From contig CP000066.1 of assembly GCA_000002445.1 (NCBI GenBank), positions 1,376,001-1,440,000 of the forward strand: a stretch of 64,000 bases of DNA. The letters run 5' to 3'. Numbering within the stretch: the first letter of the stretch is position 1; each line of letters starts with the position of its first letter. Positions 9,562-19,381 of this stretch are shown in pieces. The notes under the pieces were generated by a model. That model was not told the origin of the DNA. It saw only the letters and a list, made by a program, of their open reading frames with translations, and ran no database searches. Position numbers and translations under genes: made by a program. This DNA is from Trypanosoma brucei. Its lineage: Eukaryota.

Positions 9562-11002
9562 GTGATGGACAAAGCTCTACCTCCTCTCCAGTTTGTATGA
9601 AGTCACAGTCGCGCCTCGAGTCTTCTTCCAATGAGGCTTTAACATGATGGTAGGGCGTTTAGTTTTTCGGTTATTTTCCATAATTTTCTTTCTTATTTGG
9701 TTTTTCGGCTTAACAAAAGGCCGGTTTCCGGCCCTCCCCACCGCGGGCGCTTTGCTACGGGCCACCGTCTATGCACTGGCCCGCCTCATAGCATTTGAAT
9801 ACGTACATATACTTGTATTCGAATAGTTTGTGCAGCTCTAATGAAAAAAGTATGTTTTCAGGGTTTATGAGATATACCATTTGTGTTTAATTTTTTGTAC
9901 CCTCGTATTCACATTGTTTACTCATTTATCAAAAGAGGAAGTGGTAGCGTGGAGGCAGGTAAACGCCGCCGGCTACGAGCGAACGGGTGTCGGGAAACGA
10001 CGATGTGTTAGCGATTTCGTTTGGGATACCATAATTGAGGAGAGAGATCGTTGGCATTCGGTGATGGAAGAGGGATGCATTCTGCTAGTTTTGTCAGTGA
10101 AGTAAAATGGACTGTGCCCACTTTTTTTTTCTTCGTATTGCTAAGCGGCGAGAAATGTGCATGATATCCCCGCCTCAGTGCCCTGACTACCCCTCCCACT
10201 CATGGCGGTTGTTGAGTTGTTTTGATGGTCCCTATGGGTCGTTTCTTTGTGTTCTCAGGTGCTTCCGCTTGAGCGTGTGTCCGTTATTCAGAACATATTG
10301 AGGGCCAACTTATGTAAGGCACTTGTGTAACTATGGGATTGGAGGTGTGGCTTTGTTGTGGTAGGGTCGAAGTTCAGCGTATTGTGGCAGATCAACCCCA
10401 TTTCCTGTTTGCTCGCGTCAGGAGGACACTGTTTCTTTTTTTTTTTTAAAGGCACAAGGGAATACGCCTGGGTTAGTGCGCTGCATTTGACCTTATATCC
10501 GGTTCCTATTGATGAGGCTGGCTTCGTTTTGGCGGCGGTATATTCAACCAAGCGCGATCCTTGAATCGACTATGCCCTCCACTACGCTATGTCGGCTTAC
10601 TGACTTTAGGATCCACCTCGTTGACCTCTGTCCTTTTACTTGGGGTGTTTAAACTGGGTTCGGGCTCTGTGGGTGCTCGTCAGCGACCGTCGTTTACATC
10701 GGACATCTTTAATTATTTTTATTCCATAATCCGTTTGTGTTTTTGTACCCCTCACTCCAATATACGAGGGTGTAAGGGCCTGAGAGTTATGTGCATGTGG
10801 GAGGAACTCTTCGTATTAATGCAGTTTCTTGTTTTTTGTTTGCATACGCCAGCCGAGTACCACGCACCTTCTCGTTTCCCATATGTGTGTGTATCTCCTT
10901 CCGTAGGTCTGCGCGCTGTTTGTCTTCTTTTACGGTCATTTGTCATTATTTCGTTAATTTCTTTTGCCCCTTGTAGATACGCGGTGCGGCCAGTAAGTTG
11001 GG

Positions 11003-12502
11003 ATGCGGCGTGCATTGTACCGTGGGGTGACCGAGTCAGGAGCTGAAATAAGAAATTTTGCTGTTCACGCTGGATGCATGCGACGCTGGTGCAGCGCTGC
11101 GAGTGGTTCTTCGCGTGGTGATAGGCCCACTGATTATGATGTACCTCCACCGCGCCCCGCCTTTTATGTGCCCCCGGAGGAACGAGCATCAGACGATGCC
11201 TCGCTACAGTTTCTTCGGAAAGACAGTGGAGTGCGCTCAGGTCTGATGAAGGGATGTGGGGATGCGACTGGTGAGGTTAAACTAGAGCCTGGCCAACTCT
11301 TCGCCCCCGAGCCTCCCGTCCGCCCGGCGGAATCACCCAGTTACATCAATGAAAAAGCAGCGCGATTGTCATCTACAAGTGTCCGCGCAGGGGCCTCCTT
11401 GTTAACGGGGGACATCGGAGCAGAGGTCAGTCGTCTAGCGGTGGTGAAAAATTCCACATCTACGCGGAACCGAAGCGAGAAAACAGATGCATCTCCACCC
11501 CTCACGTATGGGGGGAGTAAAGGATCGATATTTGAGTCGAGGGACGTAGCCGATGGAGTGCCGGAAGGGAAAAAGATCAGACAACATGAAGGAACTGTTG
11601 GCAGAGGTGAGGAAGGCGGAGAAACCACTGGAGGAAATCCCACTGGCGATGAATTGCCGCTCTTACAACAAATGCAGGTTGATCTTCGCCGTCTGGAATA
11701 CTACCAGGGGACCCCCCAATATCCAGAGATGCTGAAGGAGTTCCGCGCAAAATACTTATCTGACGGCGGTAGCGAGGGTGAAGGGGACGGACGTCTGGAG
11801 GACCTTCGGTCTTACACCCAGGAAGAGCTGGCGCGCGGACTGGAGTCACAGCCAATTGATTATCTTCGGGCTAGCAGTAAGTTGAAGGTGGAGCTTACCA
11901 GCGGCCCCAGAGCGTACGACCCGGTACTTGTCATGCAGCAGATGGGTGTGATGCGGTTTCAAGGGTATGCTTTCCCTCCCACGACGGAATTAGGTAGGCT
12001 ATGCGACAGTGATGGAAAACTGCCGGACTCGAGCGAAGGTGCCCATAGATTTGCCAAGTATGTAGCTCAGACGGCTCCAACAGCCATCAAAGATCAATTG
12101 AAAGGCAATGAGGACAGGCACATTCTCTATCGAACAATGGGCCTAGACGTCGTACAACGCCGACAAGTGAAGGCTATGTTGAGTGACTTTGACCACGGTG
12201 ATCGCCATACGTCATACCATGTGATGATGTCGTATCCCTACGCTGACTGGTTACATGTGTTCTACATGGTTTTGGTGGGGGTGGCGATATATGAGATGCA
12301 GGTTCGATTTTGTGCGTATGACTTTTATGATGAGTATTTGGGATTGGACCTGCGCCAAGTTCCCAAATTGAAGAAGCCCTTCCTTGTCACTGTTACTGTT
12401 GTGGTGATGGTAGTCGCACTGTTTCACCCACTGCTTCTAGTTAGCATTGCAACCACGCGTCTTTATCGCATCGCGATGAAGCGCCCTGTTGGACCTCCAT
12501 AA
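11003..12502 (+). CDS. Hypothetical protein (499 aa) with an Arg-rich N-terminus and two C-terminal hydrophobic helices
   Basis: N-terminus MRRALYRGV...RNFAVHAGCMRRW resembles a mitochondrial presequence. C-terminal hydrophobic segments WLHVFYMVLVGVAIY and PFLVTVTVVVMVVALFHPLLLVSIATT. No catalytic motif recognised. Confidence 0.5.
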   Translation: MRRALYRGVTESGAEIRNFAVHAGCMRRWCSAASGSSRGDRPTDYDVPPPRPAFYVPPEERASDDASLQFLRKDSGVRSGLMKGCGDATGEVKLEPGQLFAPEPPVRPAESPSYINEKAARLSSTSVRAGASLLTGDIGAEVSRLAVVKNSTSTRNRSEKTDASPPLTYGGSKGSIFESRDVADGVPEGKKIRQHEGTVGRGEEGGETTGGNPTGDELPLLQQMQVDLRRLEYYQGTPQYPEMLKEFRAKYLSDGGSEGEGDGRLEDLRSYTQEELARGLESQPIDYLRASSKLKVELTSGPRAYDPVLVMQQMGVMRFQGYAFPPTTELGRLCDSDGKLPDSSEGAHRFAKYVAQTAPTAIKDQLKGNEDRHILYRTMGLDVVQRRQVKAMLSDFDHGDRHTSYHVMMSYPYADWLHVFYMVLVGVAIYEMQVRFCAYDFYDEYLGLDLRQVPKLKKPFLVTVTVVVMVVALFHPLLLVSIATTRLYRIAMKRPVGPP

Positions 12503-13071
12503 CGTCTTTCACATCTCAGGTCTATCGACGAAGGCTCAAGGCTTGCATTCTATGCAACAGGGGCTGATGGCGGTGGTGCCTGCTTTTGCGAGTACCTTTC
12601 ACTGTTTTGATTTTATTTTGCACTACAGCACTCCGAATGTTCTTTCTTTTTGTGATGCTGCCCACTTCTAATAGCTAAGCAACTACCTTCTTTTTTTCAC
12701 TGCTTCCAATTTGGCAAGAAGACTACTGAGGAAGAGGGGGTGATAGGCAGCGCATTGAGAAAGGTGCGTTTAAACCCTAGGAATATCCGCAGAGTAGGTG
12801 TATCCACCACACCACCAATACCGCAAAACGAACCAAAAGTAGAGGAATAACGTACAAAGTATCGAAGGAGAGCATCAAGCGGCCTTTCGCACGGGTAAGT
12901 TATCAGTTTCTGTGAGTGGGAGTGCGACCAAGTTTAGATTATTTTTCATTTTATATATTGTTAGAAGGAGAGAGTATCTTTTTAGCATACGTCGAAAGGT
13001 GATATTCATAGAGTTGTTTACTAGATAGAGTGCATATACACGTGTATCGTAAGCTGTAGTATCGCTTATTC

Positions 13072-16000
13072 ATGTCTATGCACCGTGACTTACTTCGAAT
13101 AAGGCGGCAGACGTCGAACCTTGTCTCGTCACCCTCGCCTCCTTCCTCACGTGCCAGCCCTCGTGCAAGGGTGAGTTCGGCTAGAGGGGAACAACGACAA
13201 GGTGCTAGTGAAGCCGTGCATGTAGCAGTTCGTGTGCGGCCTTTGTCTGTCAATGAGGCGGGACAAGATGTCATCGTTTCGATGGATCCGTCAGCGAAGA
13301 AGATATTCGTGAGGAACCGAGGCGAGGAGCAACAAGAGTTTCCTTTTGAGTTGCCCGTATGGTCTTGCGGTGGAAATGCGCTAAACGGCTCGCCGCCGGT
13401 AAGTCAGGCAGCACTGTACAAAATGGTTGGGCAACCCCTTTTGGACCACGCATTTGAGGGCTTTAACAGCACACTTATGGTATACGGTAGCACAGGCAGC
13501 GGAAAAACTTACACAATGATGGGTGACATGGATGGCGGCTTTCTGGGTGAGGACGAGGATGTGCTCAACGATGGTGAGGAGGGCATTGTCCCACGCCTAT
13601 GCCGTGAGATGTTTCAGAAGATCAGAGATCGCTCGGTCAGCTTGTCTGACGGGGGAACGCTGACGTGGGATGTGCATGCCTCCTATGTGGAGGTTTATTG
13701 TGAGAAGATTAGCGATTTACTGAATAACGGTGCCCCTGTCACTATTCGTGAGGTGATCACGGATAACGAAGCGCACTTTGCGCTCAATGGTGCGCAGCGG
13801 GTTAACGTCCGTAATTCAGCGGAAATACTGCATCTCCTAAAAATTGGTAACAGACACAGGAAAACAGCCTCTACGGCCATGAATGAGCGCAGTAGTCGTA
13901 GTCATGCTATATTTGTTGTGGAGCTCACCGAGATGCTTGTAGTGAGGGGACCCGATGGTGAGTGTGTCGGTGCCCCAGGCAAGTTCCTTACCGTTCGCCT
14001 CGTTGATTTGGCGGGTAGTGAACGCGTTGGGGAAGCGGGCATGTCGGGACAGCTATTCAAGGAGGGTGTTGATATTAACTGCAGCCTCTTCACCCTGGGT
14101 ATGGTAATTGAGGCTCTTTCGGATCCTAGTCGACGCCATATGAGGCCACCATACCGTGACAGTACGTTGACGAAGATTCTAAAGGACGCATTTGGTGGAA
14201 ACAGCAAAACCACGATGATTTGTACCATTGCCCCCACGGAGGCCCAACGTGTGCACACGGTTCAAACACTTCAGTACGGGCTTAAGGCGCGACGAATTGT
14301 GAACAAGCCATGTGCGAAGAGAGGACCGTCAGCTAAAGAGCTTCGTAAGGCCAGTGAGGAGATGCTTAGTTTACGCCAGAAGCGCAGGGAAAGGCAACCA
14401 CAAGGCACTGGCTTGGAGGAATCGTATGCTGATCTAAGGCGTGCTGGCGACGGAGGCTTACATAATGGGGGTGCTTTACGTCATTCTGAGAGCTCGTCGG
14501 AAGGCAAGGAGACTTCTCTTGGCGGCTCCAATTTCGCTACAGATGAGGAGAGGGACCGTTACAGGAGGAAGATGGAAGAGCTGGAAGAAGAAATTGAGCG
14601 TGCGAGGGCGAGATACAGAGAGCAGGGGCGGGAGCTGCAAAACATAAGGAGAGAGAGTGCGGCTGAGGCTGAGGTGCGTTTAAGGGCGTTAGAAGCCCAA
14701 TTCAATGAGAAGGAAAATCATTTGAAGCGGAAAGGTCACGAAATTCAAAGGAAGCACCGTGATGCGGAGAGCCGATTGAAAGAGTTTAAAAATTTTTCGG
14801 AGGAGCGCATTTCTGACCTCCTTCGTGCACAGGGGGAGCTGAAAGATAAGTTACACGAGAAGGAACTTGCAGTCGGGCAGCGTGAGCGGGAGCTGCAGGA
14901 GGCCCAGAGTCGTGCCGAGGAGGAGGTTTCCCGTTTGCATCAGCGCATGATGCAGCAGGAACGAAAATGGCTTGAGCGCCATAAGGCTTTGGAAGCTGAA
15001 ATTTGCGCACAGGAAGACAAAATGAGGGACCGATTGCGTGATGCTATGGAGAGAATGCGTAATGTGGAAGAAGTTGCAGCACGTCGCGAGAGTGAGCTTC
15101 ACCGCAAGTGGTTAGATGCCCAGCAAGCGACCCGAGAGCTTCACCACAAGTTAGCTGAGAGCGAGGCAGAAAAGGCGCGACAAATATCTCAGGATCGCCG
15201 GGAAACAACCAAACGCGAGTCTGAACTTGCCCATAAATTGGAAGAAACTGAGCGCGGCCGAAAGGCCCTCGAACGTGAGGCGGTATCGCTAAAGACTGAA
15301 TTGGATGTGTTGAAGGAAGACTACGAGATGCTCGCTAAAAACAGCAGGGAGGGTTGTGATGCGGAGGCGCGGCTTCTCCCCCTTGAGGAGGAACTAAAGA
15401 GGCGAGAGGAGCGGCTGCAGCAACGCGAGGAACAGGCCCAGGCATCACTCGATGAAGTTCTAAAGAAGCAAGAGGAACTGGACCGCTTACACCTCGCAGT
15501 CATTGCCAAAGCAGATGCTATTGAGAAGGATGCGGTTGCCGCACTTCGGGAAAGGGAGAGTCGCCTTCAGAAGCGTGAAGATGAGCTTAAGAGCTTGGAG
15601 CATGAGTTGGAGGCACGCTCCGCGGTTTTGGATGTGGAGGCCAAGTATAAATCAATGGAGTACGATACGAAGGAGAGTGGGGCAGAGGCTTTAGCTTCCC
15701 GCGAACGCCGCGCCACAGAACTGCTTCAAGATGAACTTCAGGAAGCATTGCAACGTGTTCATCTCGACATGAAACAGAGGGAAGAGAAGTTTGATCGAAT
15801 GGAAGATGATATCAAGCGATGTCGTGAGCAGTTGGAGAATCTCTACAACGAGCGGGATGAGATGCTTAGGCGTGCATCCACATCCTCCGCTGGACGCAGC
15901 TGCGTGTTTGACTCGCCGCTTCCCGTTCCTCCACGGGGTTGCCGAAGATGCAGGTCGGGTACATCGTGGCCGTCCAACTGTAGCACGATGGGGACCGGGG

Positions 16001-17856
16001 AGGAAAATGATGCGTCTCTCAGTGGGCGGCAGTTCTCTCCTAACCAAAGCAGCGCGTCGCAGCAAGAACCGCGCTGCTCAGAGAACGGGGTTGAGGGGGG
16101 GAGGTCGTCTGAACTGCGTCCGATAAGTGCTCTTGCGGGGGAGTCGGTTTGCTTATGGCTCAAGAATATGCTGATCACTATGGAGGAAAGGAGCCGCGGC
16201 TTACTTGAGGATTTGTGCTATCATGAATACAGTGTCCTCGAGCGGATGACGTCCATCGGCTCTCTTTTTTCGTTTGGCGAAAATGCTCCCAACACGAGGA
16301 GCCCTGAGGTGGCCGCCAGGGTGGTTGACCGTACTTCGGTGTCTGCATGTAGTGACCATTTGCGCGGTGGTTTTCGACTTGGATCAATATGTGGTGTCGT
16401 GCCCCATGATGCTCCTTGCGTGCCTAGCCTCATGCATACTGAAGCGGACTGCGGTTTAAGAGATGCAGCATCGGAACATGAACAACTTGCCCAGCGTATA
16501 GTCGCGTTTGAACGGCTGCAGCATCAACGTGAGGTCGAGTTTCAGCAGAAGGATGAGCAAATCAGGGAATACCTAGTTGAAGTGGAGGCGATGGATCGTG
16601 AAAGGATGGCGATGTATCGCTTAAAGGAGGAGGAACACGAGGCTGCGGCTGCACAGTTGCAGATGGCAAAACGTGAGTTTGACCACCGTGTTAATTGCAT
16701 GCAGCAAACCCTTTTTTGCCGCGGCGCGCAGCAACACGCTGAGTCCATAGTCTTGCAGGAGGCCGCTGAACGTGAGAACATTTTTCGGCTATTCAACATT
16801 CAACTTCACAAGATTTTCGCCCATGAGAGAAACATGGCGCACCATACGAACTGTGTGGACTTGTTGCGCCAGAGAGAGGAGGTGATCACGCTTGAGGAGG
16901 CACAACTCCAGAAACGTATAAGTCAGCTAAAGGACGAGGAGGATGAGTGGAAAAGACGTCGTTCCACCGAGGAGACGCAGATACTCACGTACCTATTGGA
17001 GCTACAAAACGAAGATATGCTGCGCAAGCAAGCCATTGGGGAGAAGGGAAGCAGAGAGGACACCGCGAAATACTGCGAAGACGCCGAACTCGGGGTTGCG
17101 GGTTTGTGTAATGTGATGCATCGAGTAAGGGATCACACGCAGAAGTGTGAACTTGCGGTACAAAAGATGGAGAGTGAACTGGAACAGCAGGCAGATGCGG
17201 AGAAGGTCTTGGAGGAACGTGAAGCTGCTGTTGAACGGCGCCGTCGTGAACTTTCCACCAGCATGGAGTCTCGGGAGCGTTCCCTTTTGGACAGGGAAAT
17301 GGAACTGGAGGAGTTGACTCGTCGGCTTAAAGGTGACATACAAAAACGTGAACTTGCGATACAAAAGATGGAGAGTGAACTGGAACAGCAGGCAGATGCG
17401 GAGAAGGTCTTGGAGGAACGTGAAGCTGCTGTTGAACGGCGCCGTCGTGAACTTTCCACCAGCATGGAGTCTCGGGAGCGTTCCCTCTTGGAACAGGAAG
17501 TGGACCTACGGAAACTGTCCACTAAAGCAGGGGATAATTGTCGTAAACGTCCGGGTTCTCGTGTGGCACATAATCAGGAAGGTTCCTACTACGTTGACAT
17601 CAAGAAACTTCTGGAGGTCTGTGGATTTCAACTGCCGGGTGGAAAAGTTGAATTCCCGGACGGCGCTGACACACCGATTGAACTGACCGATAACCTTATC
17701 GACGTTATCGAATCACTACGACGCCAGCTAAAGGTATGGATTCAAAAGTATCGTGTGCTGAAGTCAGATGAGAAACTGGAGTGTGAACGCTGTTTGTGGC
17801 AGAATAACCGTGGTGCCACTGTGTGCCGATGCTGCGGCAATGCTCAACTTGTGTAA
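13072..17856 (+). CDS. Kinesin-like protein (1594 aa): N-terminal motor domain, very long coiled-coil stalk, C-terminal RanBP2-type zinc finger
   Basis: The motor begins VAVRVRPLS. P-loop GSTGSGKTYTM, switch I NERSSRSHAIF and switch II LVDLAGSERV are all present. Charged heptad-like sequence runs from about residue 430 to 1500. C-terminus CERCLWQNNRGATVCRCCG fits C-x2-C-x3-N-x6-C-x2-C (RanBP2 ZnF). Confidence 0.9.
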   Translation: MSMHRDLLRIRRQTSNLVSSPSPPSSRASPRARVSSARGEQRQGASEAVHVAVRVRPLSVNEAGQDVIVSMDPSAKKIFVRNRGEEQQEFPFELPVWSCGGNALNGSPPVSQAALYKMVGQPLLDHAFEGFNSTLMVYGSTGSGKTYTMMGDMDGGFLGEDEDVLNDGEEGIVPRLCREMFQKIRDRSVSLSDGGTLTWDVHASYVEVYCEKISDLLNNGAPVTIREVITDNEAHFALNGAQRVNVRNSAEILHLLKIGNRHRKTASTAMNERSSRSHAIFVVELTEMLVVRGPDGECVGAPGKFLTVRLVDLAGSERVGEAGMSGQLFKEGVDINCSLFTLGMVIEALSDPSRRHMRPPYRDSTLTKILKDAFGGNSKTTMICTIAPTEAQRVHTVQTLQYGLKARRIVNKPCAKRGPSAKELRKASEEMLSLRQKRRERQPQGTGLEESYADLRRAGDGGLHNGGALRHSESSSEGKETSLGGSNFATDEERDRYRRKMEELEEEIERARARYREQGRELQNIRRESAAEAEVRLRALEAQFNEKENHLKRKGHEIQRKHRDAESRLKEFKNFSEERISDLLRAQGELKDKLHEKELAVGQRERELQEAQSRAEEEVSRLHQRMMQQERKWLERHKALEAEICAQEDKMRDRLRDAMERMRNVEEVAARRESELHRKWLDAQQATRELHHKLAESEAEKARQISQDRRETTKRESELAHKLEETERGRKALEREAVSLKTELDVLKEDYEMLAKNSREGCDAEARLLPLEEELKRREERLQQREEQAQASLDEVLKKQEELDRLHLAVIAKADAIEKDAVAALRERESRLQKREDELKSLEHELEARSAVLDVEAKYKSMEYDTKESGAEALASRERRATELLQDELQEALQRVHLDMKQREEKFDRMEDDIKRCREQLENLYNERDEMLRRASTSSAGRSCVFDSPLPVPPRGCRRCRSGTSWPSNCSTMGTGEENDASLSGRQFSPNQSSASQQEPRCSENGVEGGRSSELRPISALAGESVCLWLKNMLITMEERSRGLLEDLCYHEYSVLERMTSIGSLFSFGENAPNTRSPEVAARVVDRTSVSACSDHLRGGFRLGSICGVVPHDAPCVPSLMHTEADCGLRDAASEHEQLAQRIVAFERLQHQREVEFQQKDEQIREYLVEVEAMDRERMAMYRLKEEEHEAAAAQLQMAKREFDHRVNCMQQTLFCRGAQQHAESIVLQEAAERENIFRLFNIQLHKIFAHERNMAHHTNCVDLLRQREEVITLEEAQLQKRISQLKDEEDEWKRRRSTEETQILTYLLELQNEDMLRKQAIGEKGSREDTAKYCEDAELGVAGLCNVMHRVRDHTQKCELAVQKMESELEQQADAEKVLEEREAAVERRRRELSTSMESRERSLLDREMELEELTRRLKGDIQKRELAIQKMESELEQQADAEKVLEEREAAVERRRRELSTSMESRERSLLEQEVDLRKLSTKAGDNCRKRPGSRVAHNQEGSYYVDIKKLLEVCGFQLPGGKVEFPDGADTPIELTDNLIDVIESLRRQLKVWIQKYRVLKSDEKLECERCLWQNNRGATVCRCCGNAQLV
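17147..17488 (+). repeat. Near-identical tandem duplication inside the kinesin stalk: two copies of about 141 nt with a 201-nt period
   Basis: 17147-17286 and 17348-17487 are almost base-for-base identical, with one visible difference (gcggta versus gcgata). They encode CELAVQKMESELEQQADAEKVLEEREAAVERRRRELSTSMESRERSLL twice, 67 aa apart. Confidence 0.9.
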
Positions 17857-18211
17857 TTTATCTACTGCGAAGGGAGCAGGAAGAGCACAATACTAGCGTA
17901 CATTAACGTCTGCGGAACTCCCCCTTTTCAAGGACGTGACACATAGCGTGCAGAAAATAATGGCGGGAGTTCTGTAAACTCGTGTCACTTATGGTGCGCG
18001 TAGGCGTTGCGTGCGCTTTATTTTAACCTTAGACACTTTTTTTTTTCCCGCTATATGTTTGGCACGTGGGTGTAGGCCGTAACTTCCCTCAGGTAGCACT
18101 GCTGCCGTCCAGTGTTGGAGTACCGTTTGGCAGGTGTCGATCAATAGTTCTCTTTTCGAGCGCTGTAGGCCGTATGGTAAGTGGAGGAATCGATGGTGAG
18201 TGAAAAGACTA

Positions 18212-18234
18212 ATATATATATATATATATATATA
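18212..18234. repeat. (AT)n microsatellite
   Basis: Dinucleotide run in the spacer after the kinesin gene. Confidence 0.9.
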
Positions 18235-19236
18235 CATTTTTTTGAGCACCTCAGCACGTGTGAGGAACAAAAGTGAATGTAACGGTGATGATGATAAATG
18301 CAAGATGTGAGCTCAAATGACACTAACGCGATTTTTTTTGTTGGAGCGATGCGTCGTTGCCCTCGTTTCGTTTCAGTGTTCGTTTGCTCGCGATTGGTTT
18401 ACCCTTTTAACGTGGATGCGCGTCAGTTTTTAGATTCATGAATGACCGATGTCTTGTGGTGACTTGTGCACTCATCTTACAAACGGTTGCAGTGCGTAGA
18501 TTTCGCCGCGCGTTCTTCTTCCTTTGGGGGCAGAAGAAAAAAAATTAACGTCAACTTGCACGCACGAACTTAGCTAACACCGCAGGTATAATAAAGAGTT
18601 ATGGGAAGTGAAGTGGTGAGAGTGGGTTGATGGCGCCACTTTGGGATGATTGTCCTCCCTTTCCCTCCTTTTCTTTCCTTCTTTATCGTTTTCTCTATTC
18701 CTATCACCGTTTTTAGTACCTCTATTTGTCGTATTTGTCAACTCCTTAGTGCCATTTGTTTACTTCACTTTCCCAATCCATTCTTCTACCTTACCTTGCC
18801 TTTCTTCTATTATTACAGCGAGGACGTTTATTAGGTGGTAAATGATATGTGACGGCAGGGAACCGCTGTATTTTGGGGTTGGAAGATTATTGTTCATGAT
18901 GTGTTTGTTTGTGTACACAACAAACGTAGAGAGTGACAGCCAGAGATGGAGACCGCTGTTTTAATGACCCACCAGCGAACCCTCTTATATTGGGAGTAGA
19001 CATTTTAACATTCCCCCAGCTCCAAGCGTTCTGTTGTTTTCCTTGAGTATCTTTTTTTTACTCTTTTCTGACCTGGCGAAAGGGGGGGGGGGTAGTGTTC
19101 CTCTGCCTTATGAACTTTTGCGTGCGAAAAGGGGGAACAAATGAGCTATGTAGATGTGTCGGAACATTTCTTTTTGTTCAGATGTGTGTATACTACCCCT
19201 GTCCATGACTGATCTCGCTTGCACTTCCGTTTCAAT

Positions 19237-19292
19237 CAACTCTCGTTATTCTTCTAAGTTTTATCTGCGTGCCTTCTTCTAAGATTCAGTAT
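19237..19292 (+). promoter_or_regulatory. Pyrimidine-rich tract upstream of the 19382 gene; candidate splice-acceptor region
   Basis: ctctcgttattcttctaagttttatctgcgtgccttcttctaag about 100 nt upstream of the ATG. Further long CT-rich tracts lie at 18651-18830 and 19021-19072. Confidence 0.35.
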
Positions 19293-19381
19293 TTGTTCGC
19301 TAGGGTAAACGCTTCCCAGTTAAGGTGCAGCGAAAGAGTGTAGAGACTGTGGAGCGTCATTTGCGGCGCTACACGTAAGGA

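Noticed and set aside
10561-11046. 161-aa + strand ORF upstream of and overlapping the 11003 gene
   Set aside because: Cys/Leu/Phe-rich translation of a pyrimidine-rich spacer. It overlaps the start of a better ORF in another frame.
17133-17522. 129-aa minus-strand ORF that shows an internal duplicate (SRDSMLVESSRRRRSTAASRSSKTFSASACCSSSLSIFC, twice)
   Set aside because: It is simply the antisense reading of the kinesin 201-nt tandem duplication. The Ser/Arg-rich translation is not protein-like.
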